Below are positions 59,287 to 64,000 of a DNA stretch of 64,000 nucleotides, piece after piece. The notes under the pieces are model-generated. The model saw only the letters and a program-made list of their open reading frames with translations. It had not been told where the DNA came from and did not search any database. This DNA is from an uncultured Gemmatimonadota bacterium (GTDB lineage Bacteria > JAAXHH01). The stretch spans positions 2,528,001 to 2,592,000 of the forward strand of contig OX638340.1 of NCBI GenBank assembly GCA_951812955.1, written 5' to 3'. A program made the translations under genes and the position numbers. The stretch's first letter is position 1; every line of letters begins with the position of its first letter.

Positions 59287-61746
59287 TCAGGCCCGGGCCT
59301 TCAGGCGTTTTCTGATGTGCATCGCACCCGCTGAAATCAACCCGGCGAGGATCAGTGCGCTGGCGATCCGGCTTATCAGGAGGCCCGTGGCGAAGGAAGC
59401 GGGGGCGAAAGTCATCACCACGTCATGACGGCCTTCGGGTACGGCCACGGAGCGAAGGACGTAGTTGGTCTTGTGTATTTCCGCCGGCTGGCCGTCAATC
59501 TCGGCGCTCCATCCTGCCGGATAATAGATCTCGCTGAGCACCAGCAAACAAGATGAGGCCGCATCCACTGCCATCTCGATACGGTGCGGTGAGTGCAGGG
59601 TGATCTCCACGGACGAGTCGCCCGCCGGACCGAGCCGTTCCTGGAGAGGTTCTTCCACGATTGCGTATTTGCCGGGATTGAACCCCGGGTCGCTCAGCGC
59701 TTCGAAGATGGCGTCCTTCCCGGCAATGACGCGCACACTGTCCACCAGGAAGGCCCGCGGCAGCGCGTCGTCGTTCCGATACAGGTATCCACCGTCGGTT
59801 TCGGCCACGGGTGCGAGCGCGGCTTCAGGGAGCGGCTGTCGAGACACCAGGTAACGGGTATTCAGCATGTTCAGAACCGGAAAGGAACTGAGTCCCACCT
59901 GGTCCATGAGTTCCTGGTAGATGCCCAACTTGGCGGCGTGGTAGCCGCCAATACTGGATATCCCGAAGTATCCGTATTCATTCGAAGAGAACTCGGAGAG
60001 CGGCAGGATGCGGTACAGGCTTGTGTCGTCTTCCAGGGCTTTCACAATTTCGTTGTCTCGGGCGGTGTAATAGGCTTCGATCCGCGCGGGATCATCTTGG
60101 GGGTTCACGATCCGCGAGGCCACGAGCGATAGATCGATGGAGACGAGTATGCATACGCCCGCGGCAAACAGTGACGGGCTCATCTTTCGGGTGGCGAAAA
60201 GCAGCGCCGCAGCCGCGCAGAGGAACAATGCCATGGTCCACAGATCGCCCATGAACAGGTCGAATCGCATGGCGTTGAGCCTGGCATGGTAGTCCACGTT
60301 GTCCAGGAGGGCCGCGCGCGAACCATGGGCCGCATCCGCCTGCGAATAGACGCCCGTCATGAAGGACTGGAAGGAGGACTCGAATACGGTCAGTACCAGG
60401 ACCAGCAGGAGGACTCCGCCGGCTACGCAGCACAGTTTTTTCGCGAAGCTCCCCAGGCTGTCCCGGCCGGCACGTATCCGTTCGATCACCGCGTGCACGC
60501 CGTATCCCGCCAGCAGGGCTGCCGCGAACTGCAGGATCACCAGGATCATGACCGGCGCGCGGAACTTGCCGAAGAAGGGGACGAAGTGGAGCATGACGTA
60601 GGACAGGGGAGGCAGGTGCCGTCCGAAGGAGACCAGAAGGGCCAGCACGGCCGCCAGGACGAGAAACAGGGTCATGCGCGAACTTCGCAGCAAGAAGCCC
60701 GCCAGGGCCAGGACAACGACGACGACGCCCAGGTAGTTCGGGAAATCCGTGAAGGGCATTTCTCCCCAGTAGAAGAGACCGCCGAACCCGGCGAAGGAAG
60801 GGATGATGAAGGTCAGTACTTCGATGGGAGGGAACGACCAGCTCGTGGCGAAGGGGACGTTGACGCCGCTACCGCCGACTGAGAGGCCCCGAGCGGAATA
60901 CTGCGCGTATTCCTGCATGGGAAAGACCAGCACCGCCGCGACGGCGACGGCCAGGACGATACCGCCCACAAAGAGACCGGATTTTCGCAGTATCTCGCGT
61001 GCAGGAGTCCTGTCCCTCCATTCATTGATTACGGCGTATGCGGCGTACAGGCCGATCAGCATGGCCGTGTAGAAGGCGATCTGGGGATGAAAGGAACACA
61101 ACTGCGAGCCGAACGCGCCTCCGAGCAATACCATGTCGAACACCCCGCCGCGATCAAATACGCGGTAGGCTGCCAGGAAGACGAGGGGGACATGCATGAA
61201 GCAGATGAACCGGTTCGCGTGTTCCGTGGCCATCATGTGGGTGGAAAACACGAAGGCCGCCGCCGCGACGAAAGACGCGGGCCTGGAGAGCGACAAGGTT
61301 CGCGCCAGAAGAAACATGGAAACCGCGCCGAGGAGCAGGTGGAAGAAGAAACGGCCGTGCAGCGCGCTGACGAGCCGGTCCGGCAGGACGGCATTGACCA
61401 GGGCTTCGTAGCTGTATTGTAGATGGTGGTACGTGCCGCTGGCCTGGAAGGGCATGCCGCCGAAGATGTGGGGGTACCAGAGGGGCGTTTCGCCGGATCC
61501 GCTTTTAAAGTCCTGCGCGAAGCGGTCGAAGGGAATGGCCTGGCCAATGAAATCGGGCCTGATGTCCATCTTCCCGTCGATGATATAGCCGCGGTACACG
61601 AATACGGCCAGCACCGCGATGATCAGGCAGAACAGGGCGTCCTGGACCAACGGATGCAGGCTTCGGTCCGCGCGCTCCCGACGGCTATCGTCCCGTCCGC
61701 GGATTCGGCGCTGTTCAGATCGTGGTGGGTTTCGCTGCTTCGCCAT
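59287..61746 (-). CDS. large polytopic membrane protein, YfhO/GT-C-like putative glycosyltransferase
   Basis: 819 aa, with more than 12 hydrophobic helices in the N-terminal two thirds and a soluble C-terminal domain plus a final TM helix. Assigned by architecture and the N-terminal ...PLWYPHIFGGMPF... motif, so this is tentative. Confidence 0.4.
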   Translation of the reverse strand: MAKQRNPPRSEQRRIRGRDDSRRERADRSLHPLVQDALFCLIIAVLAVFVYRGYIIDGKMDIRPDFIGQAIPFDRFAQDFKSGSGETPLWYPHIFGGMPFQASGTYHHLQYSYEALVNAVLPDRLVSALHGRFFFHLLLGAVSMFLLARTLSLSRPASFVAAAAFVFSTHMMATEHANRFICFMHVPLVFLAAYRVFDRGGVFDMVLLGGAFGSQLCSFHPQIAFYTAMLIGLYAAYAVINEWRDRTPAREILRKSGLFVGGIVLAVAVAAVLVFPMQEYAQYSARGLSVGGSGVNVPFATSWSFPPIEVLTFIIPSFAGFGGLFYWGEMPFTDFPNYLGVVVVVLALAGFLLRSSRMTLFLVLAAVLALLVSFGRHLPPLSYVMLHFVPFFGKFRAPVMILVILQFAAALLAGYGVHAVIERIRAGRDSLGSFAKKLCCVAGGVLLLVLVLTVFESSFQSFMTGVYSQADAAHGSRAALLDNVDYHARLNAMRFDLFMGDLWTMALFLCAAAALLFATRKMSPSLFAAGVCILVSIDLSLVASRIVNPQDDPARIEAYYTARDNEIVKALEDDTSLYRILPLSEFSSNEYGYFGISSIGGYHAAKLGIYQELMDQVGLSSFPVLNMLNTRYLVSRQPLPEAALAPVAETDGGYLYRNDDALPRAFLVDSVRVIAGKDAIFEALSDPGFNPGKYAIVEEPLQERLGPAGDSSVEITLHSPHRIEMAVDAASSCLLVLSEIYYPAGWSAEIDGQPAEIHKTNYVLRSVAVPEGRHDVVMTFAPASFATGLLISRIASALILAGLISAGAMHIRKRLKARA

Positions 61747-61878
61747 GAATATCCTTTAGCGGACTGTTTCTGCGCTTCGCAATGAATACCCTATAACGGC
61801 CTGTTGCTGCGATATGAATGGCGGGAACATCCGATTAAATCAATCGATTAAAGCAAACGGTAAATTCTGCTGGTTAAA

Positions 61879-62802
61879 TCAACGAGTATTCGAGGTGATC
61901 GGGGTAGCGAAGCCTTCCCAAATCCCTCGATGGAGCGCGCCCAGGTGGCCCCACCTGCGACGGATGACCAAGATAGCCGCCGACCGAAGATAACGATACA
62001 GAAAAAGGTAAGGCAGGAACGCGAACAGAAACTGCGGAAGCGGCACGTGTTTTCTCGCAAACAGAATCCTGCTGCGTATCATGTGACGCATATAGAATGG
62101 ACTGTTGAAACCGGCCGTCCGTGACCCCTTGTGGTGGACAACGGCCTTTGGCTCCAAAAGCAATCTATATCCGGCTTCCCGCACCTTCATTCCCCAGTCG
62201 AAGTCGTCGAAATAGCAAAAATAATCTTCGTCCATCAGTCCGACCTTCTCCAGGACAGCGCGCTTGACGAGGAGTGCAGTTCCCGTGATGTACGGCATCT
62301 CGGTCGAGGAATCGAACTGCCCCCTGTCCTCTTCCCCGTGACCCAGAAGAAACCCCTGCGCCAGCCACGGGATGGTGCGTGTACCTGCCGAGTCGAGCAC
62401 GCGTTCCTCTCCATACTTGTAGATCTTCGGTCCGGCCATGCCTATATCGCTGGAGCGTTCCGCCGCTCGAACAAGGTTGGCCAATACGTCTGGCTCCACG
62501 ACGGTGTCGTTGTTCAGCAGGAACACGTAATCGGCGTCTTTTGAAAGGGCATGGCGCATGCCCTGGTTGCTACCACGGACGAATCCCCTGTTTTCGGCGT
62601 TACGAATCAGCGTCAAAGGGAGGTTTTCACGCCCCCACCGCTCGATGGCATCAGGCGAGCCGTCTGTCGATCCATTGTCCACAACAATGACCGAAAAGGA
62701 CGGGTAGTCTATACGCGCCAGTGATTCGAGGCACTCCAGCGTATCCGCTTCCCGGTTCCAGTTGAGTATGACGATGGCGACGTGGGGAAGTGATAGACTC
62801 AT
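61879..62802 (-). CDS. GT2-family glycosyltransferase
   Basis: VAIVILNWNREADTLECLESL...VIVVDNGSTDGS...FLLNNDT...FCYFDDFDW. The DxD and ED motifs are typical of rhamnosyl/GT2 transferases. Confidence 0.8.
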   Translation of the reverse strand: MSLSLPHVAIVILNWNREADTLECLESLARIDYPSFSVIVVDNGSTDGSPDAIERWGRENLPLTLIRNAENRGFVRGSNQGMRHALSKDADYVFLLNNDTVVEPDVLANLVRAAERSSDIGMAGPKIYKYGEERVLDSAGTRTIPWLAQGFLLGHGEEDRGQFDSSTEMPYITGTALLVKRAVLEKVGLMDEDYFCYFDDFDWGMKVREAGYRLLLEPKAVVHHKGSRTAGFNSPFYMRHMIRSRILFARKHVPLPQFLFAFLPYLFLYRYLRSAAILVIRRRWGHLGALHRGIWEGFATPITSNTR

Positions 62803-62811
62803 AATCCAGGT

Positions 62812-64000
62812 TCAATCCGATGATTGGTGCGGAATGCCCAACTTCCTAATCCAGCCGCGAACGTATTCCTTCTCCGGCTGATCCAGCAACCGGAACGCGT
62901 ACCAGAGGTAGAGCGCCATACCCAGAATCACCAGGGCGACGCTGACCTCGATCCGATCGAAGGTCCACCTGGCCGCGCCGAAGGAGGCTGCTGAAAGGAC
63001 GATCAGGAGAATGTAGGGTTTCCAGGGGAAAAGCCGTCCTACGGTCGTGTCGAGCAGCCGGGCGTACCGGCCCAGATAGTAGATCCATCCGGCGGCGGTT
63101 CCGCACAGGGTGGCGAGTGCCGCGCCCCAGAGGCCGAAGGCCTTGATGAAGACCAGGTTGCCCGCGACGTTGACGATCAGCATGGCGGTCGCTGCCTGGA
63201 CGATGATCGCGTTGCGGTTCAGGGCCCTCGCGAGGACGTCCGGACTGTTGAAGCGGAGCAGGAGGAGCAGCGCGTAGATGCCCAGGACCCGGTGGCCCTC
63301 GAAGTAGGCGTCGGGCAGGATGATGCGGTACAGCACGTCGGAGAAGAGAAAGACGAAGATCCCCGCCGGTATGATGGCGATCATGCCGCAGGTCGAGCAC
63401 TTGTGCCACAGGGCCGCCATGGACGGATGGTCGCCGCCTTCGGCGTACCCCACGTAGGTGGAAAAGAGCACCGACCCGAACACGCTCATCAGGATGCCGG
63501 CGATGGGCAGTTCGATGGCCGATACGCTGTAGATCGCGAAGCTGGATGCGCCCAGGAAGGCGCTGATCATGATCTTGTCCAGGCTCCCGTTGACGAACGG
63601 AATGAACCCGGCGATACCCAGTCCCAGGGCGTAACGGTACTGGCCCTTGTTGTCGATACTCCGCACCCGGAAGGACAGCAGCTTCCTGTTGAGCAGGACG
63701 AGTCCGTAGAGTAGGGACTGAAAGGCCTCCAGGAGCACGATCAGGACGATGAGTTCGAAAACGGCCGTAATCAGCCCCGAAAACAGCGCGCCGGCGATGG
63801 CCGCGATGCGCAGCAGGTACTGAAACACGCGAAGACCGCTGGCCGCGGCGGTGTGTTCAGTCCCCACCAGGGCGTTGTGTGCGGCCATGTTTACGAATAA
63901 AAACAGGGCGATCAGGAGATAGGCGCCGATCTCCCGTAGATAGGGTCCCAGTTCCGTGTGAACGAGCAGGTAGGGCTTGATGAGAAGATGGAACAGCAGG
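62812..64000 (-). CDS. polysaccharide biosynthesis / flippase (Wzx, MOP superfamily) protein, 5' end beyond the window
   Basis: All-hydrophobic multi-TM protein. My translation shows the frame stays open upstream of the listed Met (63888) to the window end (...LLFHLLIKPYLLVHTELGPYLREIGAYLLIALFLFVNMAAH...). Confidence 0.55.
   Translation of the reverse strand, partial: LLFHLLIKPYLLVHTELGPYLREIGAYLLIALFLFVNMAAHNALVGTEHTAAASGLRVFQYLLRIAAIAGALFSGLITAVFELIVLIVLLEAFQSLLYGLVLLNRKLLSFRVRSIDNKGQYRYALGLGIAGFIPFVNGSLDKIMISAFLGASSFAIYSVSAIELPIAGILMSVFGSVLFSTYVGYAEGGDHPSMAALWHKCSTCGMIAIIPAGIFVFLFSDVLYRIILPDAYFEGHRVLGIYALLLLLRFNSPDVLARALNRNAIIVQAATAMLIVNVAGNLVFIKAFGLWGAALATLCGTAAGWIYYLGRYARLLDTTVGRLFPWKPYILLIVLSAASFGAARWTFDRIEVSVALVILGMALYLWYAFRLLDQPEKEYVRGWIRKLGIPHQSSD

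Overview
This is a 64-kb fragment of a high-GC bacterial chromosome. Identifications rest on reading the translations and recalling family motifs. No database or HMM search was possible, and the lineage cannot be assigned from here.

Layout:
- 2-6084: 3' end of lipA, then a complete rRNA operon (16S, tRNA-Ile, tRNA-Ala, 23S, 5S) with a terminator.
- 6148-23055, minus strand: an accessory block made of two tandem, rearranged paralogous cassettes. Each has a MacB/FtsX-type double permease, an ABC ATPase, a TonB_C-like lipoprotein, and an FMN_bind plus ApbE flavinylation pair.
  - Cassette A (6148-13503) has moderate-to-high GC. Its FMN_bind/ApbE pair has collapsed into a deletion-fused pseudogene with a nonsense codon and a frameshift.
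  - Cassette B (13626-23055) is intact. Apart from its ATPase, it lies in a ~9-kb low-GC island that also holds a decayed IS256-family transposase relic, a 570-aa protein of unknown family, and a PDZ membrane protein.
- 23615-55739, plus strand, housekeeping genes: an EF-G paralog; two orphan Opp/Dpp-type ATPases; a PfkB kinase; a YheC/D ATP-grasp protein; folC; a TPR-parvulin protein; trxB; cysE (minus strand); an S55 peptidase plus beta-propeller pair; yebC; ruvCAB; queA; ispD; ispF; parAB; an M23 peptidase plus bactofilin; and a complete F1Fo ATP synthase operon (atpZ, I, B, E, F, H, A, G, D, C).
- 55875-64000: a methyltransferase, aldolase and dioxygenase, followed by a glycan cluster (two GT2 enzymes, a YfhO-like protein, and a flippase truncated by the window edge).

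The strongest candidate for an undescribed system is the genetic coupling of an extracytoplasmic flavinylation module to a MacB-type ABC transporter, present here as one live copy and one dead copy.

A second theme is a set of short tandem repeats whose periods are multiples of 3. They occur inside conserved enzymes (PfkB kinase, QueA, IspD, the beta-propeller protein) and in intergenic spacers.

No CRISPR array, integrase, or recognisable defence genes were seen.
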